A stretch of DNA of 64,000 nucleotides from a virus (Duplodnaviria; Heunggongvirae; Uroviricota; Caudoviricetes), in IMG/VR virus record IMGVR_UViG_2778261164_000001, positions 1-64,000 of that record, one strand, 5' to 3'. Made by a program: the position numbers and the translations under genes. Below the pieces are notes generated by a model that was given only the letters and a program-made list of their open reading frames with translations, searched no databases and was not told the DNA's origin. Below are positions 1 through 9,390 of the stretch, one piece after another (the stretch's first letter is position 1; every line of letters starts with the position of its first letter).

Positions 1-433
1 CTTTAAATACCTCCTCCATATTATTTAAGCCAGCTATCTTATTAATGGCTTCTGAGTGTTTTCGTAACGGCATAGCCATTTCAGCTTGATTTTTAATTAT
101 TTGAATATGCTCATTTGCATCACTGGGAAAAGCCGCCTGATACTGTTTCTGTAAAAATACCATTTGTTCACGAAACTGGTGTGCAATTCTCGTAACTTTT
201 GGTAAAGACTCAAGTTCTTTTCGAAAACAATCATTAATTAATTCTTGTTTTTTAACTGTTCCAAACTGTTTAACTAAACTCTTGTAAATATATTCTGAAT
301 TTAATAAACCACTTATCTTTTTATGCCTCACTCCTTTAATTTCATTTAAATAATCATAAAAGGCAGTGCCTTCAGCTTTATTATTAGAGTTAAGCGAAAT
401 GTGTTTAATATCCTTCACTTTATTCACCGTCAT
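1..433 (-). CDS. hypothetical protein, partial (C-terminus lies beyond window start)
   Basis: Minus-strand frame opens with ATG at 433 and runs to position 1 without a stop (at least 144 codons, MTVNKVKDIKHISLN...); Lys-rich, AT-rich; start overlaps stop of the 420-926 gene by 14 nt. Confidence 0.4.
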   Translation of the reverse strand, partial: MTVNKVKDIKHISLNSNNKAEGTAFYDYLNEIKGVRHKKISGLLNSEYIYKSLVKQFGTVKKQELINDCFRKELESLPKVTRIAHQFREQMVFLQKQYQAAFPSDANEHIQIIKNQAEMAMPLRKHSEAINKIAGLNNMEEVFK

Positions 434-926
434 CTTGTTTTAAACACCCGTCATTTTTAGCTTCTGTATAAATACTGGAAATACCATCCAGAGTGAATGA
501 TGTGATTCGACTCGAACCGATATATACATCTATGTTTTTTTCATTTGTAGATGACACTGCCTTCCAAAATGAATACCATTCCCTACGATTAGGAGCAGTG
601 TTTTGCGTGCCAATATTAAAACTATCCGGGCCAACAATTAAAGTAATTACATCTGCTTTACGTGATATTGTGTCGCGTGTAGAAAAATCGGCATTCTCTT
701 TTCCTCCGCTTACATACAAATTTCTTCCAGCGATATGATCTTCTGAACCTTCCCTTGCTCCAGCATCACAAGAAAAGTTAATTGTGTAACCATCGTCATT
801 GGTTGCAGAGATTTCTCTCCACCCTTGCTCACCTCCTACCGTCCAAACGGTAGAACCTGCCATTGCTGATAATGGCAGAAAAGAGGACATTAATAAAAAG
901 CTATACAATGACTTATACAATTTCAT
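420..926 (-). CDS. secreted/periplasmic protein of unknown function
   Basis: 168-aa ORF; N-terminus MKLYKSLYSFLLMSSFLPLSAMA looks like a cleavable signal peptide (hydrophobic core, A-x-A site); AT-rich. Confidence 0.55.
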   Translation of the reverse strand: MKLYKSLYSFLLMSSFLPLSAMAGSTVWTVGGEQGWREISATNDDGYTINFSCDAGAREGSEDHIAGRNLYVSGGKENADFSTRDTISRKADVITLIVGPDSFNIGTQNTAPNRREWYSFWKAVSSTNEKNIDVYIGSSRITSFTLDGISSIYTEAKNDGCLKQDDGE

Positions 927-1014
927 ATTTTTATCCTTTTGTTTTTAGATATTATAGGCATAGTCCATATTGTTAGATCCACTATGCCCGGAGAATTTAA
1001 TATTATTTATTAAA

Positions 1015-1506
1015 TTATGGGGCTACACCCGGCCCCCTAGCTCGTTCTTCAAGCGTACCCTGTACGTTTTGATGGCGCATTCCTGGGGCATTTCTTATTG
1101 AGTCAATGCCATTTCTTCCAACATCTTCTTTATTAACGGCATTGCTCGCCACCAGCACACCCCAGCTAGGGATAGCAAAATCAGGAGCGGTTTCGCATGC
1201 CTTTACCATATAATCGAAAGTGCTTCGATTGATCTCGTTTGCGTCGGGATTTAATAGGCGAGAATATTGATATTTAGCATTTTCGTTGGTTGCGACTTTA
1301 TATAGTTCTTGCTGCACCATCGCTTCAGAAAGTTTAAGACGTTTCATATCTGACAGTAACTTCTTGCGCATGGATTCGTCTTGACTGACAGCAAAGCCGT
1401 AAACGTGCCCAAGGTATTTCGTATAATCGGTACAAATCTCCTTTACGCTTGATGCTGCATTAACAGTCCCAGCCATAAATAATAACGGTAGTAATAGTTT
1501 TCTCAT
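1015..1506 (-). CDS. secreted/periplasmic protein of unknown function
   Basis: ATG at 1506 preceded by GGTGAGG; product begins MRKLLLPLLFMAGTVNA (signal-peptide-like); ORF-track start at 1533 is an in-frame alternative. Confidence 0.55.
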   Translation of the reverse strand: MRKLLLPLLFMAGTVNAASSVKEICTDYTKYLGHVYGFAVSQDESMRKKLLSDMKRLKLSEAMVQQELYKVATNENAKYQYSRLLNPDANEINRSTFDYMVKACETAPDFAIPSWGVLVASNAVNKEDVGRNGIDSIRNAPGMRHQNVQGTLEERARGPGVAP

Positions 1507-1602
1507 TATAACCTCACCTGCCTTATAACTCATTTAGGGTACATATTTTCGCCTTTAAAAAAAAGAGGTTATTAGATCCAATTGTGTATTTATTAAGCAT
1601 GC

Positions 1603-1619
1603 AGTGCTCTAATAAATTT
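1603..1619 (+). promoter_or_regulatory. C1 repressor operator-like 17-mer (AGTGCTCTAATAAATTT) upstream of c4-icd-ant
   Basis: One mismatch to P1 C1 operator consensus ATTGCTCTAATAAATTT; sits where P1 has Op51. Confidence 0.6.
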
Positions 1620-1794
1620 GTATTTTTAAGTCGCGAATGCTATCTTTTCGCATCATATTGACCTTTTAATCGTTCAGGCTTATAGTTCCGCCGTCGTAGC
1701 AAATTCTGCGACCGGGTTTAGCAGCCTGAATGATTGTGCGGACAGCCGCAGATATCCGATATTGCGGTATTTTTGTGTCCGTAAAACCGCGTTA

Positions 1795-1875
1795 CGCCCA
1801 AATTATGGTGGGGCGTGATGGGGAGGCTTCGGCCTGCTGGTTTCACAATCGCCAGTCTGCTAACCCCGTCACGTC
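1795..1875 (+). ncRNA. c4: candidate c4 antisense repressor RNA (bounds approximate)
   Basis: Noncoding segment between operator and icd; short repeats TTTAGCAGC and GATTGTG occur upstream (about 1716, 1731) and downstream (about 1886, 1917), with their complements CTGCTAA and CACAATC in between (about 1843-1864), matching the known c4 a/b target logic. Confidence 0.3.
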
Positions 1876-1933
1876 CTGCCACCTGTTTAGCAGCGGGTAG
1901 CAGGTTGTTAAACCTGATTGTGAGGCCGTAACT

Positions 1934-2155
1934 ATGGTTAATGCCAATCCTTGCGCACGCCCAGAATTCATCTGGCGTTTCTATTCCTGTAAAAAACACC
2001 ACTATCACTTCGTTATCGCAGCAACTGAAGACGAAGCACGCTCTCAATTGCCTGATGGCCCCTGCATTTTTACTGCCCGTTTTTCAACTGACTCGCGCAA
2101 TTCACTTAGTTACTGGAGCCTCCCCTTCTCTGCCAACGTTCAGGGGGGTTTATGA
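1934..2155 (+). CDS. icd: Icd-like protein (73 aa), translationally coupled to ant
   Basis: 73-aa ORF with GAGG RBS; stop overlaps ant start (ATGA); position between candidate c4 and ant as in P1 immI. Confidence 0.65.
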   Translation: MVNANPCARPEFIWRFYSCKKHHYHFVIAATEDEARSQLPDGPCIFTARFSTDSRNSLSYWSLPFSANVQGGL

Positions 2156-3189
2156 AAACACCTCTCGTCACCCGTAATGAAATAGCCGAAGCGATCGCTT
2201 TGCATACAACCTGTATGCCGACACGGGAGATCCCCGGCGCAATTGCCAACTATTTCATGATAACCAGACGTTTTTATACCCGAACAGATAAGGCTGTGAT
2301 CAACAGGCTACTGATAGCCGAGATCAGGGATTATTTGATTGAACAAGGACGTCTACGTTACGCAACAGTGGCAGCAGAAATGAGAAAGGAGGCGCGCAGA
2401 ATGACCGGTAATAATTTGAATGTTGAAAAACCAGCACCTGTTGCTTCAGCTACGCCATCACCAGCAGTGAATGTTATCTCCAACACCGGAGACACAATCG
2501 ACAGCCTGACACTGTTAAAGATGGTCAATGAAGCGCGTAAGTTATGTGGGGAACCAGAGGTTCGGAACAACAAATTCATCGAAAAAATACTCGATGAGCT
2601 TGATGGTGAGCACTACACAAAAAGTGTAGTGGAAAAAATGAACAAAACATCAATGCTTGTCATAACCATGACTTTCAAACAAGCCCTGCGAGTCGCCGCG
2701 CGCGAGTCAAAAGCGGTCCGCCGTTCGCTGATCGACAAACTGGAAGAATTGCAGCAGGCAAACTCCCCTACCCCATCGATCCCCCAAACATTACCAGAAG
2801 CTCTACGCCTGGCTGCCGAGTTAGCAGAACAGAAAATGCAGTTGGAACAACAGCTGGTGGCCGCAGCCCCTAAAGTCGATTTTGCCGACCGGGTATCAGT
2901 GGCCAATGGAATCCTGATCGGGAACTTTGCAAAGGTCGTTGGACTTAAGCAAAACGCCCTTTTCTCATGGTTGCGCCAGAACGGCATTCTCATGGCTTTT
3001 GGTGCGCGCAAAAACGTACCGCGCCAGCAGTACATTAACGCCGGGTATTTCACGGTGAAAGAAGTGGTGCTGGATGATGAAAATGGCTACCAGATACGGC
3101 TGACGCCCCAATTAACGGGTAAAGGCCAGCAGTGGTTAACTCGCAAGCTACTTGATGCTGGTTTGTTAAAACCAGTAGCAATAGGTTAA
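2152..3189 (+). CDS. ant: antirepressor Ant (Ant1 form; internal in-frame starts could give Ant2)
   Basis: 345-aa ORF; C-terminal region (PQTLPEALRLAAELAEQK...GKGQQWLTRKLLDAGLL) is an antirepressor-type domain shared with the KilA-like ORF downstream. Confidence 0.8.
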   Translation: MKTPLVTRNEIAEAIALHTTCMPTREIPGAIANYFMITRRFYTRTDKAVINRLLIAEIRDYLIEQGRLRYATVAAEMRKEARRMTGNNLNVEKPAPVASATPSPAVNVISNTGDTIDSLTLLKMVNEARKLCGEPEVRNNKFIEKILDELDGEHYTKSVVEKMNKTSMLVITMTFKQALRVAARESKAVRRSLIDKLEELQQANSPTPSIPQTLPEALRLAAELAEQKMQLEQQLVAAAPKVDFADRVSVANGILIGNFAKVVGLKQNALFSWLRQNGILMAFGARKNVPRQQYINAGYFTVKEVVLDDENGYQIRLTPQLTGKGQQWLTRKLLDAGLLKPVAIG

Positions 3190-3266
3190 CAAAAGAAAAA
3201 ACCTGCCAGCAAACTGGCAGGTTTCTGAGCAGATCGACCAACCCGATCTGGATCGAGTCAGAAAAA

Positions 3267-3283
3267 TTTGCTCTAATAAATTT
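3267..3283 (+). promoter_or_regulatory. C1 operator-like 17-mer (TTTGCTCTAATAAATTT) upstream of kilA
   Basis: One mismatch to consensus; TTGCTC could serve as -35 with TAAGTG about 17 nt downstream. Confidence 0.6.
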
Positions 3284-3352
3284 CGTTTTCTAAGTGCAAA
3301 GAATCACCATTTCGAGCTGGTGATTGAAGGTTGATGCAAATTTGGAGAAAAA

Positions 3353-4153
3353 ATGCAACAAACATTCAATGCGGATATGAATATATCAAACCTTCATCAA
3401 AATGTCGATCCTTCAACCACTCTGCCTGTTATTTGTGGTGTTGAAATTACGACCGACCGCGCTGGCCGTTACAACCTTAATGCTCTACACAGAGCGAGCG
3501 GACTCGGTGCCCATAAAGCGCCAGCTCAATGGCTAAGAACGCTGTCAGCCAAACAGCTCATCGAAGAGCTTGAAAAAGAAACTATGCAGAATTGCATAGT
3601 TTCGTTCGAAGGCCGTGGCGGCGGCACTTTTGCCCATGAATTGCTCGCTGTGGAGTACGCAGGCTGGATTTCTCCCGCGTTTCGGCTGAAGGTAAACCAG
3701 ACATTTATCGACTATCGAGCCGGAAGATTACAACCTGCTATTCCGCAGAGTCTCCCTGAAGCTCTCCGTTTGGCTGCCGACCTGGCAGAGCAAAAGCAAC
3801 GGCTGGAGCAAAAAATGCTTATGGATGCACCTAAAGTCGAATTCGCCGAACGCGTTGCTACCGCCAGCGGGGTTCTAATCGGCAACTATGCCAAAGTGCT
3901 CGGTCTGGGCCAAAACTATCTCTTCACCTGGTTGCGTGATAACGGAATTCTGATCGCAACCGGTGAACGCAGGAACGTCCCCAAACAAGAATACATATCC
4001 CGTGGGTATTTCACCCTTAAAGAAACCGTGATCGATACAAGCAATGGAAGCAGGATTTCTTTCACGACTCGTATAACCGGCAAAGGTCAGCAGTGGCTGA
4101 TGAAGCGATTGCTTGATGCTGGTGTGCTGGTACCTGTCGCGGCAACGCGCTAA
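3353..4153 (+). CDS. kilA: KilA (KilA-N domain protein with Ant-like C-terminal domain)
   Basis: 266 aa, the size of P1 KilA; C-terminal similarity to Ant; precedes repL. Confidence 0.75.
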   Translation: MQQTFNADMNISNLHQNVDPSTTLPVICGVEITTDRAGRYNLNALHRASGLGAHKAPAQWLRTLSAKQLIEELEKETMQNCIVSFEGRGGGTFAHELLAVEYAGWISPAFRLKVNQTFIDYRAGRLQPAIPQSLPEALRLAADLAEQKQRLEQKMLMDAPKVEFAERVATASGVLIGNYAKVLGLGQNYLFTWLRDNGILIATGERRNVPKQEYISRGYFTLKETVIDTSNGSRISFTTRITGKGQQWLMKRLLDAGVLVPVAATR

Positions 4154-4182
4154 CAGACGTAGTAAGAACCACCAGCATTGTA

Positions 4183-5028
4183 ATGCTGGCTAAAGTCACT
4201 TTCCTGAGCTGTATAACGATGAGCGATTTTACTTTTTCTGGCTATGAATTGGCCTGCTTTGTAACACACTCCGGTCTATCCCGTAGCGCCGGGCATATCC
4301 TGTCGCAATGTGCAAATCTCGCGGCAACAACCAGTGAATACTTCATTCACAAGCCTCACCGCCTGATCGCGGCAGAAACTGGTTATAGCCAATCAACCGT
4401 CGTTCGTGCATTCCGTGAAGCTGTAAACAAAGGAATTCTGTCTGTAGAGATTGTTATCGGCGATCACCGTGAACGTCGCGCTAACCTGTACCGGTTTACA
4501 CCATCCTTTTTGGCCTTCGCACAACAAGCCAAAAATGCGCTGATTGAAAGCAAATTAAAGATCTCTTCAGCGGCAACCAAGGTTAAAGCTGTTCTCGCTA
4601 AGACATTGGCTTTATTTAATTTTTTATCCACACCCCCATGTCAAAATGATACCCCCTCCCCCTGTCAGGATGACGTGGCAATAAAGAATAAGAAGTCACA
4701 AGTTAAAAAAACAAAAAGATCAGTTTCCGGCGGTGCCGGAACGACCAGACTCAAAAAATTGACTTCATGGATCGCTGAGGCAAAAGCAAAGGCTGACAAT
4801 CTGCGGTTATCCAAAAAACGCGCTCAAAAACATGAGTTCAAGCAGAAAGTAGAGGCGGCAGCGCGGAAATATGCTTACCTGAAGAACAAGCGTTCTCCTG
4901 ATATTGGCGGGGTATCAAACTTCGATAATTTGCCGCATTGCATGACGGTAAACGAAGCTCTTAATGCGGTTTTAGCCAAAAATAAAGATAACGAACAATG
5001 GGGTATACCGGCAGGATTTAGAGGGTGA
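4183..5028 (+). CDS. repL: RepL lytic replication initiator (oriL expected inside the gene)
   Basis: 281 aa, the size of P1 RepL, directly after kilA. Confidence 0.75.
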   Translation: MLAKVTFLSCITMSDFTFSGYELACFVTHSGLSRSAGHILSQCANLAATTSEYFIHKPHRLIAAETGYSQSTVVRAFREAVNKGILSVEIVIGDHRERRANLYRFTPSFLAFAQQAKNALIESKLKISSAATKVKAVLAKTLALFNFLSTPPCQNDTPSPCQDDVAIKNKKSQVKKTKRSVSGGAGTTRLKKLTSWIAEAKAKADNLRLSKKRAQKHEFKQKVEAAARKYAYLKNKRSPDIGGVSNFDNLPHCMTVNEALNAVLAKNKDNEQWGIPAGFRG

Positions 5029-5078
5029 TAGATTGCTCTAATCTGGAGTCACCTGGCGTTTTCAGTTTGAGGTCGGAG

Positions 5079-5324
5079 ATGCAATCTGATTTTTTACAGT
5101 TAGCGATCGCTTTTGCAGGATATGTTTGTATTGGCTTCTGTGTATACATGATCAGCCGAAAAATGCTTGTCGATATCGACCGCAAAGAACAAGCAGAGGA
5201 GATCTTAGTATGGATTTTCTTTGGCGCGGTCTGGCCATTAGGGATCATGTTTGCTGCAACATTTCTTCTGATGTGGATATTCACCCTTCCAGGTGATTTC
5301 TATAGAAAAAAAGCCAGACATTGA
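5079..5324 (+). CDS. small membrane protein (two predicted TM helices)
   Basis: ATG at 5079 with GAGG RBS 6 nt upstream; hydrophobic stretches AIAFAGYVCIGFCVYMI and ILVWIFFGAVWPLGIMFAATFLLMWIF. Confidence 0.45.
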   Translation: MQSDFLQLAIAFAGYVCIGFCVYMISRKMLVDIDRKEQAEEILVWIFFGAVWPLGIMFAATFLLMWIFTLPGDFYRKKARH

Positions 5325-5447
5325 TACAATCGTTGCGGGTGCTTGAGGCTATCTGCTTCAGGCATTACCCGAAAAGCAGATAGAAGAAAGCCCCAGATAA
5401 CATTACGCGTCCTGCAAGACGCTTAACATTAATCTGAGGCCATATCT

Positions 5448-5654
5448 ATGCTTAGCATACGTAGATTAGCCTCTTACCGACCAAAAGGTCAAGGAGAAGC
5501 AGGCTATGAAGCAGCAAAAAGCGATGTTAATCGCTCTGATCGTCATCTGTTTAACCGTCATTGTGACGGCACTGGTAACGAGGAAAGACCTCTGCGAGGT
5601 ACGAATCCGAACCGGCCAGACGGAGGTCACTGTCTTCACAGCCTACGAATCTGA
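5448..5654 (+). CDS. mok-like overlapping reading frame of the hok locus
   Basis: 68-aa ORF starting upstream of hok and overlapping it in another frame, the classic mok arrangement. Confidence 0.45.
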   Translation: MLSIRRLASYRPKGQGEAGYEAAKSDVNRSDRHLFNRHCDGTGNEERPLRGTNPNRPDGGHCLHSLRI

Positions 5655-5661
5655 AAGGTAA
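5506..5661 (+). CDS. hok: Hok/Gef family type I toxin (51 aa)
   Basis: MKQQKAMLIALIVICLTVIVTALVTRKDLCEVRIRTGQTEVTVFTAYESER; shares TRK-LCE-R-R-G-EV-F-AYES pattern with Hok; AGGAGAAG RBS; below the ORF-track size cut-off. Confidence 0.8.
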   Translation: MKQQKAMLIALIVICLTVIVTALVTRKDLCEVRIRTGQTEVTVFTAYESER

Positions 5662-5736
5662 GAGACCTGGCGGGGAGAGATCCTCGCCACTCTTCGTGTG
5701 TCAGGTATCCTCAATGCACCCTTTCCTCTCCAAATA

Positions 5737-5762
5737 AAAAAGCTCCCGAAGGAGCTTTAAAA
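5737..5762. terminator. bidirectional rho-independent terminator (AGCTCCC-GAAG-GGAGCT between A-run and T-run)
   Basis: Perfect hairpin between hok 3-prime end and the convergent tube gene. Confidence 0.6.
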
Positions 5763-5777
5763 TACAAGGGATGACTC

Positions 5778-6287
5778 TTAATCCCACTCAATCCAGTTGT
5801 AGACGATACGAAGTGACGGGCGCACAGCGGCAGTCACATCTTCGGTACTAAAGTCGATTGCATCACTGTAGATTTTGCAGTCCAACATTTCAATTGTTGT
5901 AGCAGCTTTTGTCACAGCGTTAACCCCGGAAGATTTGGATTCAGGGGTCGCAGCCATCGTGATATCAACATAGTCCTTCGCCGCAATGCGATCTTTAATG
6001 AACTGAAGAATATCGCCTTCGATAGTCTCCACGCACTGGACCTGGATTTCCCCAGAGTTTCGAATTGGACCGTGCTGGTTGAACTTCACACCATTCGGAC
6101 CATAGTCCTCCACATCCTCGCGGGTCATTTCAGGAATTTGCGACGTGCGAACCAGTACGCTGATATCTTCATGGCCTGCAAAAGTGAGCTGGAATTCAGA
6201 AGATACCAGTCGTTCGCCTTTGGCCGCGTTGGCAGTATAGCGGCCCTTAATAAATTTACGGTTTCCCTTAGTGTTATTGTGCCCCAT
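5778..6287 (-). CDS. tail tube protein (tentative)
   Basis: 169 aa, last gene of the minus-strand structural operon downstream of the sheath-like gene; size and C-terminal pattern (VYNWIEWD) resemble myovirus tube proteins. Confidence 0.5.
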   Translation of the reverse strand: MGHNNTKGNRKFIKGRYTANAAKGERLVSSEFQLTFAGHEDISVLVRTSQIPEMTREDVEDYGPNGVKFNQHGPIRNSGEIQVQCVETIEGDILQFIKDRIAAKDYVDITMAATPESKSSGVNAVTKAATTIEMLDCKIYSDAIDFSTEDVTAAVRPSLRIVYNWIEWD

Positions 6288-6298
6288 ATAAAATCCTT

Positions 6299-6880
6299 TT
6301 ACTGGAACGCCCGAACAATATCGGAGCTGTTATATATCGAAGAACCGGTCAACTGGAGGTTGACGGTGTTTTTCAGGAAATGCCCATTGCTGTCCCTGGG
6401 CGCATCGAGATCGAAACTTATGTCCTGGATAGCGACATCAATGATGTTGATCCGGCGACCAATGTTTAGCGTCACACGCTCCGGGATTCGACCACCAATG
6501 CTGGCATCTTTAAGTTCCGGGCTAATCATCGCTGACAATGCGGCGATAGCTCCTGAAACCTCCGTGAATGGGTCAAACAAAGCGATGAAAGTTACTGGCA
6601 GCGTGAAAGTCGGCGGTGTTCCCCCCTCCCAAACCATTAAGCTGTTCCAACGGGCCACCGACGTTGTTTCAGTACCAACCTGCGCAAAACCACTGAAAGC
6701 ACCAGCAACAGACCCCATGGACATACCGGTAAACGGCGCTTCCCAATTCTGGGCCATGTTCATTGCTGCCCCCTGGCTGATATATCCGGTAACCTGGTAC
6801 TGAGAGTTCGTTAAAGTAACTTTCAGAAATGGCGATACACCGTCAGCCTGGCTGTAAACCCCATAAGGTATAGGTGCCAT
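6299..6880 (-). CDS. hypothetical structural protein
   Basis: 193-aa ORF tightly packed between sheath-like and tube-like genes. Confidence 0.4.
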   Translation of the reverse strand: MAPIPYGVYSQADGVSPFLKVTLTNSQYQVTGYISQGAAMNMAQNWEAPFTGMSMGSVAGAFSGFAQVGTETTSVARWNSLMVWEGGTPPTFTLPVTFIALFDPFTEVSGAIAALSAMISPELKDASIGGRIPERVTLNIGRRINIIDVAIQDISFDLDAPRDSNGHFLKNTVNLQLTGSSIYNSSDIVRAFQ

Positions 6881-6915
6881 TCAAGTTAAAGGCCGGAGTT
6901 CTCCGGCCTCCTCCT

Positions 6916-7731
6916 TTAGCCAAGGCGCTTACGGCGCAGTTTCATTGACTTTTTGCGGGCAAGTTTTGCCGCGCCGGTCTGGGCTTTTCGACGCGCTTTT
7001 TTCAGCGCCGATTTTTGAGCCGCAGTCAGACGTTTTTTACGCAGGCGTTTACGGATGAGTTTGATCTCACCATTACGAACAACCTTCTTAAATGCTTCAG
7101 TCAGCATTTCATCAGAAGTGCCAGCAACAACAAACGCCGCTTCCAGTTCGTCGCGGTCGTCGCTATCTAAACCAGCGATAGAGGCACCAACATCAGCAGC
7201 TGCGTCGTCGTCTTCATCGTCAGCCAGTGCTTCGATCAGGTCATCATCTACACCGCATGCTGCGAGGAAGTCAGCAACATTTGCCCATGCTTCGTTATAG
7301 GCATCGTCCTGTTCTTCTGTAACTTCGGAGTCGTCGTCATCAGAGATACCAGCGATAGCCTGAACGAAACCATCAAGGGAGTCGAAAGTCAGATCACCGC
7401 TATCAGCCCAGGCGAAAACGGCGTCGGCCGCATCACTCAACGCATTCTGCATAGCACTTCGATTTGCAGCTTCCAGAATCATCTGGTGCGCCTGTTCGAC
7501 GGTCCATTCTTTACCGTCTTTCCCTTCCAGGATTTGCTCAGGAGCCGGGGCAGATGGAACGTTATCGTTAGTCTGTGCCGCCGGTTCCGGATTATTATTA
7601 ATAACCGGATCTGTTGGCGGTTCAGCGCTTGCTCGGGCAGACTCCATCAGCTGCACAGGATCAGAGTTCAAAGCGAAACGGGACAGTCCATTCCCCAAAA
7701 ATGCCCCGGATTGAAAAAAGTTTTTGCTCAT
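6916..7731 (-). CDS. acidic protein with strongly basic C-terminal tail
   Basis: 271 aa; Asp/Glu-rich centre and Lys/Arg-rich C-terminus (KLIRKRLRKKRL...RRKRLG). Confidence 0.45.
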   Translation of the reverse strand: MSKNFFQSGAFLGNGLSRFALNSDPVQLMESARASAEPPTDPVINNNPEPAAQTNDNVPSAPAPEQILEGKDGKEWTVEQAHQMILEAANRSAMQNALSDAADAVFAWADSGDLTFDSLDGFVQAIAGISDDDDSEVTEEQDDAYNEAWANVADFLAACGVDDDLIEALADDEDDDAAADVGASIAGLDSDDRDELEAAFVVAGTSDEMLTEAFKKVVRNGEIKLIRKRLRKKRLTAAQKSALKKARRKAQTGAAKLARKKSMKLRRKRLG

Positions 7732-7740
7732 TGTATTTCC

Positions 7741-9330
7741 TTACTTAATAAGCAGCGGTACGCCCTGGATACGACGGGCTACGCCAGTCGGGCAGCAGGC
7801 CCAGACTACTTCCCATTTATCGAATTCCGCCTGCGTAACTTTCAGCACATACGGTTCTGTACCGTCAGCATCAGGATCACGAGGAGCCACCAGAGCGCCG
7901 GAGGCGACAAAGCGATCCAAAAGTTTGGTCATCCCTTTAGTCAGGCCAGACTCAGTAATGCCGTCCGGGTTATGCTTCATCTGTCGGGCTAACTGGACAA
8001 AGAAACGGCTGATTGCATTCATCAGGGATGGGACGTGCTGGAAATGCAGATAGTTGTCCTGCGTGCAGCAAGTTAAAGCATCATCGATGATCATCTGGCC
8101 CGAAGTACCTACAGATACTTTATTGAGTCGGCCCTTGACCATAGCTTCTTCGTCCGGGGTGTCTTCCGGATACAGTGGTTGAAGTGATGCACGAGCAATG
8201 ACGGCACGTTCTTCACCAGCCGGTGAGTAATGCCAACCGCCGACATCGGAGTTTTTCTTGACGCCACGAGCTTTCGCCGCATACGCCGCGCCAGACAGAC
8301 CGAAGACCACGCGGGATTGGGTCCATTTGTCTTTGCAGGAGAACGGGAAATGATAGACAGCACAGCTTACATAATCGGTACCAAGTAAACCGGTATCTTC
8401 AACAGCAGAGATCGCTTCCGTGTACGTCAATGTCGGTTTGACATCAAAGAAGCCATCAATCAAGCGATCAGAACAGATATTACCTAACGCAGTGATCGCC
8501 GCATTGTCATAGCAACCCAGGCCGAGAACAGCGGTGTACATGTACGGCGCATTGTTCAGCACTTTCACCGCGCGCAGGTAAGCAGCAGTGGAAATGTTCG
8601 ACTGATCGCCGTTGGTACCGCCAGTGAACGCCAGCGATTTTTTATTTGTTACTTTCGCCGTCGAAATCAGCTCTTCATTAACAACCGCGCGCAGATATTT
8701 AGAACGGGCTTCCAGAGCCGTAGGCAGATAACACAAGCGGCCCATGTCATCTTTTGCTTCTTCCGCCAAAGACACAGTGTGTGTCTCCAGGGTCGTTACC
8801 ACGCCGAGCGAAGTCGTCTGGGTCAGTTTCAGGAGGAAGCGTTCATTACCTGCGCTGTCCGCTGTTGCCGTTTCGATGGTTAACTCACGGGTAGGTGAAA
8901 TACACGGATCACCATCATCAACGTAGATAGCAAAGGCTTCGCCGCTATCAAGTTCAATTTCAGAACCGTATGGCAACGCACTGTAAGCCGGTTCGCCTGA
9001 TTCATCGAACATAATAATCGGGAACTTCGCATCATCCGGAACAGCACGGACAACATAACCAGACGTTTGCTGAATAGCTTCGTACACATGGCGAATTGGT
9101 TCGAACTGTGAGCCGGAAGACGGCTTCAGCGGTTCGCCGAGAACATCTTCGTAATTGGACTCAGTAACCGCAAGAACAGTAAACGGCTTGCCACGCGCAA
9201 ATACGCCAATACCAGCCCACAAGCTGCTATTTAATGCAACACCGGTAGATAACGTCGCATCGGCATTGATCGGGCTAACAGCGACGCCGGATGCATTACC
9301 TAATGACTGTTGAATTGAATATTGAGACAT
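7741..9330 (-). CDS. tail sheath protein (contractile tail)
   Basis: 529 aa; size, position upstream of tube and C-terminal region (GWHYSPAG ... GVPLLIK) fit sheath proteins. Confidence 0.6.
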   Translation of the reverse strand: MSQYSIQQSLGNASGVAVSPINADATLSTGVALNSSLWAGIGVFARGKPFTVLAVTESNYEDVLGEPLKPSSGSQFEPIRHVYEAIQQTSGYVVRAVPDDAKFPIIMFDESGEPAYSALPYGSEIELDSGEAFAIYVDDGDPCISPTRELTIETATADSAGNERFLLKLTQTTSLGVVTTLETHTVSLAEEAKDDMGRLCYLPTALEARSKYLRAVVNEELISTAKVTNKKSLAFTGGTNGDQSNISTAAYLRAVKVLNNAPYMYTAVLGLGCYDNAAITALGNICSDRLIDGFFDVKPTLTYTEAISAVEDTGLLGTDYVSCAVYHFPFSCKDKWTQSRVVFGLSGAAYAAKARGVKKNSDVGGWHYSPAGEERAVIARASLQPLYPEDTPDEEAMVKGRLNKVSVGTSGQMIIDDALTCCTQDNYLHFQHVPSLMNAISRFFVQLARQMKHNPDGITESGLTKGMTKLLDRFVASGALVAPRDPDADGTEPYVLKVTQAEFDKWEVVWACCPTGVARRIQGVPLLIK

Positions 9331-9390
9331 AACTTTCCCTGTTATGCGCCCCGCACGGGGGCGCTATGTTAAACGGAGAACTTCCCCTGA

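Noticed and set aside
1718-2047. 109-aa minus-strand ORF
   Set aside because: Lies antisense across the candidate c4 RNA and the icd start; no RBS, and the region is better explained by immI regulatory RNA.
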